DNA of 64,000 nucleotides from an uncultured Acidobacteriota bacterium (GTDB taxonomy: Bacteria; Acidobacteriota; Vicinamibacteria; Vicinamibacterales; 2-12-FULL-66-21): positions 372,012-436,011 of the forward strand of contig CAVOHG010000009.1 of the NCBI GenBank assembly GCA_963695655.1. The letters run 5' to 3'. Below the pieces are notes generated by a model. That model ran no database searches. It was given only the letters and a program-made list of their open reading frames with translations, and was not told the origin of the DNA. Positions 1 to 8,502 of this stretch are shown one piece after another; within the stretch, counting starts at the first letter, position 1, and each line of letters begins with the position of its first letter. Position numbers and translations under genes: made by a program.

Positions 1-830
1 TCGAGCCGGCGCCGCCGCGCCCCGCTGCCGAGAAGAACCAGCCGCACACTGGCGTCGGCACGCAGCCGCGTCGCCGCCTCGACAAGCACGTCGAGATCAT
101 TTGGGCGCCCCATGTTACCCGCGTACTGGACGACGAACGCATCGCCGGTTCCCAGTTCGTGAAGGAGCGCATTGCTGCTCTTCGGCTCCGGCACGATCGA
201 GTCGGTGTCCGCCCAGTTCGGAATCACTTCGATCCGGTGCCAGGTCGCACGGGCCATCTTCCGCTGCGCCAGGATGGCCATGTCACGCCCCAGCACGATG
301 ACGCGATCGACGGTCCGATAGAGCCACCCGTTCAACCGTGAGCCAAGGCGCTCCCAGATCGATCCTGCGCGAATCATACCGGTGGCGACCATGACGTCCG
401 GATAGACGTCGTGAACCAGCAGGACGGAATGAGCGCCGCGAATCCTCGCCGCGAGCACGGTCAGAAAAGGCAGCAGCGGCGGGTTGGTGACGACCAGCAC
501 GACGTCATGGCGCCGGATCTTGCGCAGCGCATTGACGAACATCGATGTGCCGGCGGTGGCGAAGTTGATGAGCCGACCCCACAGCCGGTTCTTATCCAGC
601 GTCGTTCCTGCGCAGCGCCGGACCCTGACGCCGTTGCGCAGCTCGCGCACGGGCGCGCGCGTTCCTCGGGCGGAATAGGTCGGCTGGCCGCAGAGGACGC
701 CGACCTCGAAGTCCTCGGCCAGCGCCTCGGCGATTCGGGTCAGGACGTACCCGGTGGACGTCTCTTCCGGAGCGTACAGTTCTGAGATCACCCAGAGCCG
801 CCGGCGCCGCCCCTGTCGATCCGGGATCAA
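1..830 (-). CDS. Glycosyltransferase, GT4 (GT-B fold), WbuB/WcaI-like; 3' end lies beyond the window
   Basis: The minus-strand frame is open from 830 to the window edge; it is absent from the ORF track because no stop falls in the window. It reads (M)IPDRQGRRRRLWVISELYAPEETSTGYVLTRIAEAL..VVTNPPLLPF..LLVHDVYPDVMV..FVVQYAGNMGRPNDLDVLVEAATRLRADASVRLVLLGSGARRRRL. Start TTG 830 (TTGA overlap with the upstream stop) is preferred; GTG 791 is possible. Confidence 0.75.
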   Translation of the reverse strand, partial: MIPDRQGRRRRLWVISELYAPEETSTGYVLTRIAEALAEDFEVGVLCGQPTYSARGTRAPVRELRNGVRVRRCAGTTLDKNRLWGRLINFATAGTSMFVNALRKIRRHDVVLVVTNPPLLPFLTVLAARIRGAHSVLLVHDVYPDVMVATGMIRAGSIWERLGSRLNGWLYRTVDRVIVLGRDMAILAQRKMARATWHRIEVIPNWADTDSIVPEPKSSNALLHELGTGDAFVVQYAGNMGRPNDLDVLVEAATRLRADASVRLVLLGSGARRRRL

Positions 831-1951
831 TTGCGGGTGCGGTCGTGCCACTCGAGTTCCGCCGCGTCCGGGGGACGGAAGCCGGTCACGATGCGGACCA
901 CGGTCTCGGCAACGAGCGGCGCGAGGTACTCAGGTGGGGCCTGCCACTTCGTTGACGATCCGGTCACCAGCGCCACCGCCCGCACGACATCGTCAGGATT
1001 GCTGCCCGAGAGGATGTTCGAGCCGCACTCGATCGTCTCCGGGCGTTCGGTGACCTCACGGAGGGTGACGTTCGGCACGCCGAAAATGCACGCCTCTTCC
1101 TGCACCGTGCCGCTGTCGGACAGGATGCAGAAGGCGGACTGCTCCAGCCGGACGAAATCGAAGAAACCGAGCGGTTCGATGAACCTGAGGCCTGGATGCT
1201 CGACGTTGACGCCGAACTTCGCCGCCTTCGCACGTGTCCGCGGGTGAAAGGAGCAGACGACCGGAAACCCGTAGCGCTCGTGCAGCTGAACGAATGAGCC
1301 GACGAGCCGTCGGAGTGTGTCCTCGCGGTCGACGTTCTCTGCGCGGTGAATTGTCGTGAGGAAATATCGCTTTTCCTGCAGACTCAGCGTGTCCAGGCAA
1401 CGGCTCGACGTAATCGCCGCGTCGTAGTGCTCGATCACCTGGTGAATCGGATTGCCGGTGACAACGATGCGCTGACCGGGGATGCCTTCGGCGATGAGGT
1501 TTTCGCGGCTTCGCTGCGTATACGGCATGAGCACGGTGCTGCAGTGGTCGATCACACGCCGGTTCACTTCTTCGGGAACGCGGTCGTCGTAGCACCGGTT
1601 GCCCGCTTCCATGTGAAACACCGGGATACCGAGCCGTCGCGCCACGATCGCGGTCAAGCCGCTGTTGGTGTCGCCGAGGACGAGCAGCCGGTCCGGCCGG
1701 TGCTCCAGCAGGATCGCCTCGATGCCGCCGACGATCTGCCCGACCTGCGCGCCGAATCCATCAGCACGGACGTTCATCAGCACGTCCGGCGCACGCACCC
1801 CGAGCTCGCGCAGGAACAATCCGTTCAGCCGTTCGTCGTAGTTCTGGCCGGTATGGACGAGGACGTGCGAGACGTGTGCGTCCAGCAGCGGGATGATCCG
1901 GCTCAACCGAATGATCTCGGGGCGGGTGCCGAGGACCGTCATCACCTTCAT
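827..1951 (-). CDS. wecB: UDP-N-acetylglucosamine 2-epimerase, non-hydrolysing (WecB/FnlC/CapG type)
   Basis: Last 374 codons of ORF 827..3052(-). It carries MKVMTVLGTRPEIIRLSRII, HTGQNYDERL, LVLGDTNSGL and FHMEAGNRCYDDRVPEEVNRRVIDH. ATG 1951 forms an ATGA overlap with the upstream stop. The N-terminal 366 aa of the track ORF are out-of-frame read-through. Confidence 0.92.
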   Translation of the reverse strand: MKVMTVLGTRPEIIRLSRIIPLLDAHVSHVLVHTGQNYDERLNGLFLRELGVRAPDVLMNVRADGFGAQVGQIVGGIEAILLEHRPDRLLVLGDTNSGLTAIVARRLGIPVFHMEAGNRCYDDRVPEEVNRRVIDHCSTVLMPYTQRSRENLIAEGIPGQRIVVTGNPIHQVIEHYDAAITSSRCLDTLSLQEKRYFLTTIHRAENVDREDTLRRLVGSFVQLHERYGFPVVCSFHPRTRAKAAKFGVNVEHPGLRFIEPLGFFDFVRLEQSAFCILSDSGTVQEEACIFGVPNVTLREVTERPETIECGSNILSGSNPDDVVRAVALVTGSSTKWQAPPEYLAPLVAETVVRIVTGFRPPDAAELEWHDRTRN

Positions 1952-3012
1952 CGAAGCACTTCGCCCTTGGCATCGATGACATCGCGCAGCATCAGGTAAC
2001 GGTCGACCAGCAGCTGACGCGTCTGCTCGGGCGACATGACGTCGCGGGCCGAGCTGTATTCGACGTGAACGCTCTGCGGCGCATCGTCGCCGGCGAGGAC
2101 TTCGGGCAGCATCGGGCGAATGGCGTACCAGTTGCCGCGTTCGACTGTGCGGTACGCCTCCTCCTCGCTGACCATGATCTCGTGGATTTTCTCGCCCGGA
2201 CGGATCCCGGTGATCTTCACCGGAATGTTCAGGTCCCCGATGAGCGCGGCGGCGATATCCACCACACGCGCGGACGGTGCGCGAGGGACGTATGTGTCGC
2301 CCGCATGGCCCGTCGTGACAGCCGCAAAGATCGTATCGACGGCATCGTCCAGGCTGAGGAGGAAGCGGGTCATCTCCACGGTGGTGATCGTCACCGGCCC
2401 GCCACGACGGATCTGGTCGTGAAACAACGGGATCACCGAACCACGCGACGCAAGCACGTTCCCGTAGCGCACACATACGAACCGTGTGCCCGGACAGCGC
2501 ATGTTTGCCTGGATGAAGATGCGCTCCTGGATTGCCTTGGTCATGCCCATCGTGTTGACGGGTTTGCACGCCTTGTCGGTCGAGACGCCGACCACGGTGG
2601 AGATCGGCAGGCGATGCTCCTGGATGGCGCGGATGATGTTCTCCGGACCCTCGATGTTGGTTCGGACGGCCTCGTACGGAAAGTATTCGCACGTCGGCAC
2701 CTGCTTGAGAGCCGCGGCATTCACGACAATGTCGGCATCGCGGAGGGCCGCCGCAACGCTGTGGAAATCGCGCACATCGCCGATGCGGAATTCGAGCAGC
2801 CTCTCGAAGTTGTGGTAGATGATTTCGTCCGTCGGCGCCGACCCGCTCTGATACTCGACGCGCATGAAATGCTGCTTGGCTTCGTCGCGCGAGAACACGA
2901 TGACCTTCGCCGGCAACCCCATTTCGCCAGAGAGCAGGCGGCGGACCAGGACTTTGCCGAGCGATCCCGTGCCTCCAGTGATCAGAATCCGGCGATTTTC
3001 GAAGGGCTTCAT
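1948..3012 (-). CDS. UDP-GlcNAc 4,6-dehydratase/5-epimerase, short CapD-family SDR (CapE/FnlA/WbjB type)
   Basis: ORF 1948..3087(-) trimmed to MKPFENRRILITGGTGSLGK (ATG 3012, ATGA overlap). It contains AAALKQVPTCEYFPYEAVRTNI, VSTDKACKPVNTMGMTKA and YGNVLASRGSVIPLF, collinear with S. aureus CapE as I recall it. Confidence 0.88.
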   Translation of the reverse strand: MKPFENRRILITGGTGSLGKVLVRRLLSGEMGLPAKVIVFSRDEAKQHFMRVEYQSGSAPTDEIIYHNFERLLEFRIGDVRDFHSVAAALRDADIVVNAAALKQVPTCEYFPYEAVRTNIEGPENIIRAIQEHRLPISTVVGVSTDKACKPVNTMGMTKAIQERIFIQANMRCPGTRFVCVRYGNVLASRGSVIPLFHDQIRRGGPVTITTVEMTRFLLSLDDAVDTIFAAVTTGHAGDTYVPRAPSARVVDIAAALIGDLNIPVKITGIRPGEKIHEIMVSEEEAYRTVERGNWYAIRPMLPEVLAGDDAPQSVHVEYSSARDVMSPEQTRQLLVDRYLMLRDVIDAKGEVLR

Positions 3013-3905
3013 ACAGACCTCGTCCACTCGTCGTATGGCGTTGCATCTGCACGCAGCGCCGCGATCAGAGCCGGCCACGGCTCGCAATGGTATGCCGCGG
3101 CGGCCTCGAACCGTGTTCCGTTCAGGCTCCGATCACAGAAAAAGGCATCGTCGGCTACAACCTTGACGTCCAGGCCAAACGCTTCGACGATCAACCGCAA
3201 TAAGTCGTATTTCGTGATCGTATCACTTGCGATCTGGTACAGACCGTTGAGAGCCGGCCGTTCCTCGATCAACCGGGCGACCACCGACGCGAGCTCGTTC
3301 GTGGTAACGCCCGAGTAGAAGGCCTTGCGATAGCCGCTGATCGTTCGGCCCTGCTGCGCGAGCACCCAGTCCAGCAGCGACCGGTGCCCGGTCAGCTCAC
3401 GCCCGATCATCGACGTCCGCAACGTAAGTGCGTTCGACTCGGTCACTTCGCCGAGCGCCTTGGTCCGCCCATACAGGTCTTCGGCGTCCGGGAGGTCGTC
3501 CTCCGTATACGCCCCTCGGCGACCATTGAAGACGCAGTCCGTGCTGATGTGCACGAGACGGCCGTTCCAGGGCTGCAGCGCCGCTGCCAAACGGTGAGGC
3601 AACAGCGAATTCACGGTGATGCTGGGAATCGCCGCCTTCGCCTCGCCCCGCTGCTTGACGATGCCGACACAGTTCACGACCACGTCCGGACGGAGGGCTG
3701 CCAGCTGACCATCGAGAGCGCCAAGCGCCATGACATCCATGTTCTCGACGATCCGGGCCGACTCGGTGAACAACGGTATGCGGTCGAGTGGTGAATCCGC
3801 GATACGACCGCGGATTGTGCACCACGTGTCGGGAAATCTCTGTCCGAGCGTCTGGAACATCTTGTGGCCGAGCATTCCCGACCCGCCGAGAACGAGAATC
3901 CGCAC
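3009..3905 (-). CDS. RmlD-fold SDR reductase (probable 4-keto reductase of the L-HexNAc branch; WbvR/FnlB role)
   Basis: ORF 3009..3905(-), 298 aa, GTG start. It has MRILVLGGSGMLG (NAD motif), VVNCVGIVKQ, ISTDCVFNG and YGRTKALGE (YxxxK), the dTDP-4-dehydrorhamnose-reductase family layout. Confidence 0.8.
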   Translation of the reverse strand: MRILVLGGSGMLGHKMFQTLGQRFPDTWCTIRGRIADSPLDRIPLFTESARIVENMDVMALGALDGQLAALRPDVVVNCVGIVKQRGEAKAAIPSITVNSLLPHRLAAALQPWNGRLVHISTDCVFNGRRGAYTEDDLPDAEDLYGRTKALGEVTESNALTLRTSMIGRELTGHRSLLDWVLAQQGRTISGYRKAFYSGVTTNELASVVARLIEERPALNGLYQIASDTITKYDLLRLIVEAFGLDVKVVADDAFFCDRSLNGTRFEAAAAYHCEPWPALIAALRADATPYDEWTRSV

Positions 3906-3906
3906 G

Positions 3907-4833
3907 TTAGACCATCACTCCTCTGGCCCACTGCATGTATTCGGGAAGCCCGGTAGCGAGATCCACAGCGGGCCTGAACCCGAATGCCGCGTTCGCCGCG
4001 GAAATGTCCGCGAGGCTGTGCCGCACGTCGCCCGGCCGGGGCGGCGCGTGCTCGATCGAAACCGCCTCACCGGAGAGTTCCACGATCCTGGCGGCGAGAT
4101 CGTTGATCGTGACGCGGGTCGCGCTCGCGATGTTGAAGGCGCCGGAAACCCCTCGAGACATGCCGGCCTGGTAGTTCGCCATCGCGACGTCGTGCACATT
4201 CACGAAGTCGCGCGTCTGCTCGCCATCGCCGTAGATCACGAGCGGCTGCCGGCGCAGCGCGCGGTGGGCAAAAATGGGAATCACGTTGCCATAGGCGTCA
4301 TAGCGCTGGTGCATGCCGTAGACATTGAAGTAGCGAAGGCACACGCACTCGAGCGGATAGAGCTTGGCGTATGCGAGGCAGAGCTTCTCCGCACCGAGCT
4401 TGGTCGCGCCGTAGGGCGAGTCCGGCTCGACCGCGTGATCCTCGCGAATGGGCAGCGTCTTGAGCTCGCCGAAAATACCTGCCGACGAGGAGAAGACGAC
4501 CTTCCGGACGCCGCCGTGGCGCGCCGCCTCGAGCAGGCGGAGCGTGCCCATGACGTTGATGTCGGCGTCCTCCATCGGATACGCAATCGAGCGGGCATTG
4601 CCGACCGATGCGGCGAGATGAAACACCGCCTCGGCTCCGGCAATACCCCGGGCCAGCGCCTCGGCGTCGCGAACGTCGCCCTCGATCAACTCCACCTGTG
4701 GAATCAGGGCGAGGTTGTCACGGTAGCCGGAGGTCAGGTTGTCGAGCACACTCACGTCGTGTCCATGTTCGACAAGAACTTTGACGAGGTTGGACCCGAT
4801 GAAGCCAGCGCCGCCTGTGACCAGTGCTTTCAA
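3907..4833 (-). CDS. NAD-dependent nucleotide-sugar epimerase (GalE/WbpP-like extended SDR)
   Basis: ORF 3907..5325(-) trimmed to TTG 4833, giving MKALVTGGAGFIGSNLV. It also has SSSAGIFG, YGATKLGAE (YxxxK) and RYFNVYG. There is a TTGA overlap with the upstream stop at 4830. The longer track start would overlap the GT4 gene by about 490 nt. Confidence 0.85.
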   Translation of the reverse strand: MKALVTGGAGFIGSNLVKVLVEHGHDVSVLDNLTSGYRDNLALIPQVELIEGDVRDAEALARGIAGAEAVFHLAASVGNARSIAYPMEDADINVMGTLRLLEAARHGGVRKVVFSSSAGIFGELKTLPIREDHAVEPDSPYGATKLGAEKLCLAYAKLYPLECVCLRYFNVYGMHQRYDAYGNVIPIFAHRALRRQPLVIYGDGEQTRDFVNVHDVAMANYQAGMSRGVSGAFNIASATRVTINDLAARIVELSGEAVSIEHAPPRPGDVRHSLADISAANAAFGFRPAVDLATGLPEYMQWARGVMV

Positions 4834-6062
4834 TGCATACTCCCGTCGGCGGCGACCGGTCGGCCGGCACTCTGCCGGACCGCCGCCCTGCTGAGACCGT
4901 CGCTGATGAATGCGTCCAGGGAGCTGCCCATGGCCCGCTCCGAAAAATGCTCTTCGGCGAACGCACGGCCGTGTTGCCGCAGTCGGTCGCGACATCCTGG
5001 CTGCGTCAGCACACGAACGATCGCCGCCGCGAACGCTTTCGGATCGTCCGCTATCAGCAGGTGCTGCCCATCGGCCGCCTCGATGCCCCGATTGGCGGGC
5101 GTCGAGGCGACCACGGGCGTCCGCAGCGCCATTGCCTGCAGCACCTTCGTTTTCAGTCCCGTGCCGATCCGAATCGGACACGCGAGCACGCCGGCCTGGA
5201 CGAAGTGAGGACGCAGATCGTCGACATAGCCGGTCACCGTGACACGCGGACCGGCAAGTGCGACAACGTCCGCGGCAGGGTTCGCGCCGACGATGCGGAC
5301 CGTGGCGCCGGGGATCTCGGCCCATACTCTCGGCATCACCTCGGTCACGAGAAATTGCACTGCCGACCGGCTGTAATGCGTGCTCATTTCGCCGGCGAAC
5401 AGGATTTCGTTCGCGGTGGCGTTTTCACCGCAGTCGTAATCCAGGCAGTCCTGCACGTGCAGCGGGATCACACGGGGCGGTCGCGCTCCTTTGATGCTTG
5501 CGGCGTCCGCGTCGGAAATGATGCTGACGGCATCGAACTTCCGGACGATGGACTCTTCCCAGGCCGCGAGCCGCCGGCTTTCGGCCCGATCCACTGTGCG
5601 CCACGCGATCTCTCCACCGGATCGAAGTTCGGCCCGTTCACGGTATTGGACCGATAGCGCGTCGCACATGTCGAGCACTTGCGCATACGGCGCATCCTCG
5701 GCCCAGTACTGGGCCATGCGCACGAGGTGAAAGTAGACGATGTCGGTGCCGGCGGTCGTCACGATGCGGTGGAGCTCGGCGGCCATCGCGGCCGAGTCGA
5801 AGTAGCCAGTCTGCAGCGGTCGTCCGCGTAGCCCGGCGCGAACCAGCCCAGAGGCCGCCTCGAATCGCCTGACCGGCACCGATGTGACCTGCAGGCCCTC
5901 CGCACGCAACTGTTCAACGTGTTCCAGTTCCGCGGGCGAGCGAACCAACGTCAGAACCTCGATGTCGTGCGTTCGCGCCAGCCATGCGATCTGCTGGCGG
6001 ACGCGGACGCGATCGCCGGAGACCGGGAATGGCGGCCGGGAGGTGAGAAACATCACTCTCAC
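4830..6062 (-). CDS. Glycosyltransferase, GT4 family
   Basis: ORF 4830..6062(-), 410 aa. It reads MRVMFLTSRPPFPVSGDRVRV.., and the C-terminal half has ILFAGEMSTHYSRSAV and PIRIGTGLKTKVLQAMALRTPVVAS (GT-B nucleotide-sugar binding region). GTG 6062 forms a GTGA overlap; ATG 6053 is the alternative. Confidence 0.85.
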   Translation of the reverse strand: MRVMFLTSRPPFPVSGDRVRVRQQIAWLARTHDIEVLTLVRSPAELEHVEQLRAEGLQVTSVPVRRFEAASGLVRAGLRGRPLQTGYFDSAAMAAELHRIVTTAGTDIVYFHLVRMAQYWAEDAPYAQVLDMCDALSVQYRERAELRSGGEIAWRTVDRAESRRLAAWEESIVRKFDAVSIISDADAASIKGARPPRVIPLHVQDCLDYDCGENATANEILFAGEMSTHYSRSAVQFLVTEVMPRVWAEIPGATVRIVGANPAADVVALAGPRVTVTGYVDDLRPHFVQAGVLACPIRIGTGLKTKVLQAMALRTPVVASTPANRGIEAADGQHLLIADDPKAFAAAIVRVLTQPGCRDRLRQHGRAFAEEHFSERAMGSSLDAFISDGLSRAAVRQSAGRPVAADGSMH

Positions 6063-7522
6063 GCGCGGGAGGACCCGGGCTGCCTGACCGCGAGCAGGAC
6101 TACACCGGCAAAGATCGTATTGGTAATGAAGAGTACCGATCCGAACGAGTTCAACCCCGCCAGCAACCAGCCCATGGGAAGCAGCGCGATAGACGAGTAC
6201 CAGAAAACGACCGACGCGTTGTGTCGCTGGGCCGTGAGGTACTCATCGAGGGCCCGCATCACGAGACCCCAGGCGAAAGCGCCAAGCATCACACCGGGGA
6301 TCCAGGCATTGATGTACATCTCGGAAATAAGCCCGAACTCCGGTGTGATCGTTCGGTCGTATGTCGGCTTGAGGACGTCCATCAGGAATGCCGATGTCTG
6401 TGACGGCTTGCCGGGCATGACGCTTCGCGGAATCGGCTGCAGCAGGAAATCCGTTGCGCTCCGGCCCCAGAGGTAACCCTGTCGCTTCGTCGGGAACTCG
6501 TCGATCGTCCAGACAAGGAAATCGAAGTTGTCGAAACGTGCCGCAAAGCGGTCGAGGAGATCGATCCCGAACGCGTTGCTGATGGCCTCGTCGAGGTAGC
6601 GGTCGTTGGAGAAGCCGGCATTGAAGTCGCGATAGACCCCGTATCCACCCACGAAAACGGCCACGACGAAGCAGATCGGTGTGACGACCGCGAGGCTGAG
6701 CCGCCGCTTCAGCACCGCCATATCGAGCACCCACAGGATCCCGATCAGCGGTCCGAGCACGAACCCGCGCGCCCCAAATGGCAGCGTGAACACGACGAGC
6801 ACGCCGGCGAGAGCGCCGAGCGTGAGCAGTCCCAGTGCCGTGACGCCGTCGGGTGCCCGCCAGGTCAACTCGAGAAAGAAAATGGCCCACATGCTCCAGA
6901 GCAGCAGTCCGCTGATGTAGAACAGTCCTTCCGCCGAGGTGACGGCGCGAAAATCCGTCGGTTGAAGGAATGCGGCTCCGAGGCTCATGCCCGACAGTCG
7001 CAACAGAACGAGATACAACACCACCGACAATGCACCCAGGAGGGCCTGAACGATCAAGACCCGACCTCGTGCCCAGGTGGTCTTGGGTACTGGAAAAAAT
7101 CTCGCGAGGCGCACGCCCCATGGCGCGAGGTGTCCGCTGACAAAGGAGAGGACGAAAGCGAGCACGAGCCCAAGCGCCGGCATGAACAGTTCAGGATTCA
7201 CCCGGTCGGCGATTGACTCGACGTCGCCGCGCAAAGACAGGTACAGCGGCCGAACGCAATACGACAGAACGAACGTGACGATTGCCAGTGACAAGGGAGA
7301 AACGAGCGAGACGTCACGCCGAAGCAGAACGGCGCATGCGCAGACGACGAGAATCAATGCGATCAGGAGGGCCATCATCGGAGCCACGAGCACGGCGCCG
7401 AGGACGGCTGTGGCGACCGCGCCGCCAAGGAGCGCAAACGCCAGACCAGCAGCGTTTCTACGCAGCGTGCGGCGCTCCTCCGCGGGCAATGGGAGCCCGA
7501 CCAGTGCTGCCGCCTCGTTCAT
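6059..7522 (-). CDS. Polytopic membrane protein, probable repeat-unit (O-antigen/EPS) polymerase, Wzy-like
   Basis: ORF 6059..7522(-), 487 aa. It is hydrophobic almost throughout (10 or more helices by eye), with one larger loop near RFAARFDNFDFLVWTIDEFPTKRQGYLWGRS. Assignment rests on topology and on its position between the GTs and the flippase, not on a diagnostic motif. Confidence 0.6.
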   Translation of the reverse strand: MNEAAALVGLPLPAEERRTLRRNAAGLAFALLGGAVATAVLGAVLVAPMMALLIALILVVCACAVLLRRDVSLVSPLSLAIVTFVLSYCVRPLYLSLRGDVESIADRVNPELFMPALGLVLAFVLSFVSGHLAPWGVRLARFFPVPKTTWARGRVLIVQALLGALSVVLYLVLLRLSGMSLGAAFLQPTDFRAVTSAEGLFYISGLLLWSMWAIFFLELTWRAPDGVTALGLLTLGALAGVLVVFTLPFGARGFVLGPLIGILWVLDMAVLKRRLSLAVVTPICFVVAVFVGGYGVYRDFNAGFSNDRYLDEAISNAFGIDLLDRFAARFDNFDFLVWTIDEFPTKRQGYLWGRSATDFLLQPIPRSVMPGKPSQTSAFLMDVLKPTYDRTITPEFGLISEMYINAWIPGVMLGAFAWGLVMRALDEYLTAQRHNASVVFWYSSIALLPMGWLLAGLNSFGSVLFITNTIFAGVVLLAVRQPGSSRA

Positions 7523-8500
7523 CTACGCGCGCCCGTACCGCAGCCGTCGAATGGTCCGTGTGACTTTACTGATCGGGCGGAAGAGCGGCGGGTTCAGCAG
7601 AACGCCCCAGGTGAACCAGTGGTAAGGCGACAACCTGTCCAGCACCAGGGCGCGAAGATCGTACTTGGCAGGCTTGAAGACCGTGCGGTGCGCCTCGAAG
7701 TCGCCATCGACTTCAATCGCGGATTGGTCCATCGTGCCGAATCCGGTTGCGGCCGCAAGGGGGATATGTCGTGCCCTGGCGACGTCGAGGCCGACCAGCC
7801 GCATGGCGGTAGCGTCGAGCGCGACGACGTCCCGGCTGGCGAGCACGAGATCCAGCCTGCGCGGATCTCCGTAACTCGGTCCCATCCCTTCCATCGCGAC
7901 GATGGCGTCCATGATGGCGAAGTGGGGGCGGAGCAGGCGAGGAAGCTCGGCCAGGCATTCGTGGAGGTGTCGATGCATGAAGAACCGGTCGACTCGCGGC
8001 ACGCAGCCCCACATGTTCTTGATCGCGCCGGTGAAATACCCCTGCACGTGCGTCTTGAGTACCGGCATCGAGATGAAGACGTCCGCATCGAGGATTTCGG
8101 CGGGAAGCTCAAAGCCGTCGAATCGCGGCGAGTCGGCGCGCCGCGTCGGCCGCCGCGAGAAGTTCACGAGTTCGAACTTCAGCTCGCGCGCGAGGTCGTA
8201 CAACCCGTTCAACTCGAACGCGTCCTCGGCAGGGCACGTGCGCGGAGGGTTGATCATGTCCGACTCGCCAACCGTGATGTTCGGTGTACGGGTCTGCAGA
8301 ATTCGGATGACCGCGGCCAGCAATTCCATTGACGTGTTCGCCGCCTCGACGCGCTCCGGATCAAGCGAGACCAGGTTGGGCTTGATCACGACACGCGCAC
8401 CAGGCTTGACGACGTCCGTCCACCCACAAGCGTCCATCGCCGATCGGACGACGTCTTCGAGGGCGCCGTGTTTTGTCGATCTGATGGCTACGATTGGCAT
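7523..8500 (-). CDS. DUF362 domain-containing protein
   Basis: ORF 7523..8767(-) trimmed to ATG 8500 (MPIVAIRSTKHG..). It has VVIKPNLVS, ITVGESD, ADVFISMPVLKTHVQGYFTGAIKNMWGCVP and IMDAIVAMEGMGP, which are the DUF362 hallmarks. Its stop TAG abuts the Wzy ATG. Confidence 0.8.
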   Translation of the reverse strand: MPIVAIRSTKHGALEDVVRSAMDACGWTDVVKPGARVVIKPNLVSLDPERVEAANTSMELLAAVIRILQTRTPNITVGESDMINPPRTCPAEDAFELNGLYDLARELKFELVNFSRRPTRRADSPRFDGFELPAEILDADVFISMPVLKTHVQGYFTGAIKNMWGCVPRVDRFFMHRHLHECLAELPRLLRPHFAIMDAIVAMEGMGPSYGDPRRLDLVLASRDVVALDATAMRLVGLDVARARHIPLAAATGFGTMDQSAIEVDGDFEAHRTVFKPAKYDLRALVLDRLSPYHWFTWGVLLNPPLFRPISKVTRTIRRLRYGRA

Positions 8501-8502
8501 CC

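Noticed and set aside
827-5325. The 741-aa ORF 827..3052 and the 472-aa ORF 3907..5325 read as large fusion proteins.
   Set aside because: Only their C-terminal parts (wecB from 1951; epimerase from TTG 4833) look like proteins. The N-terminal extensions overlap the upstream genes in another frame and are Arg/Pro-rich junk.
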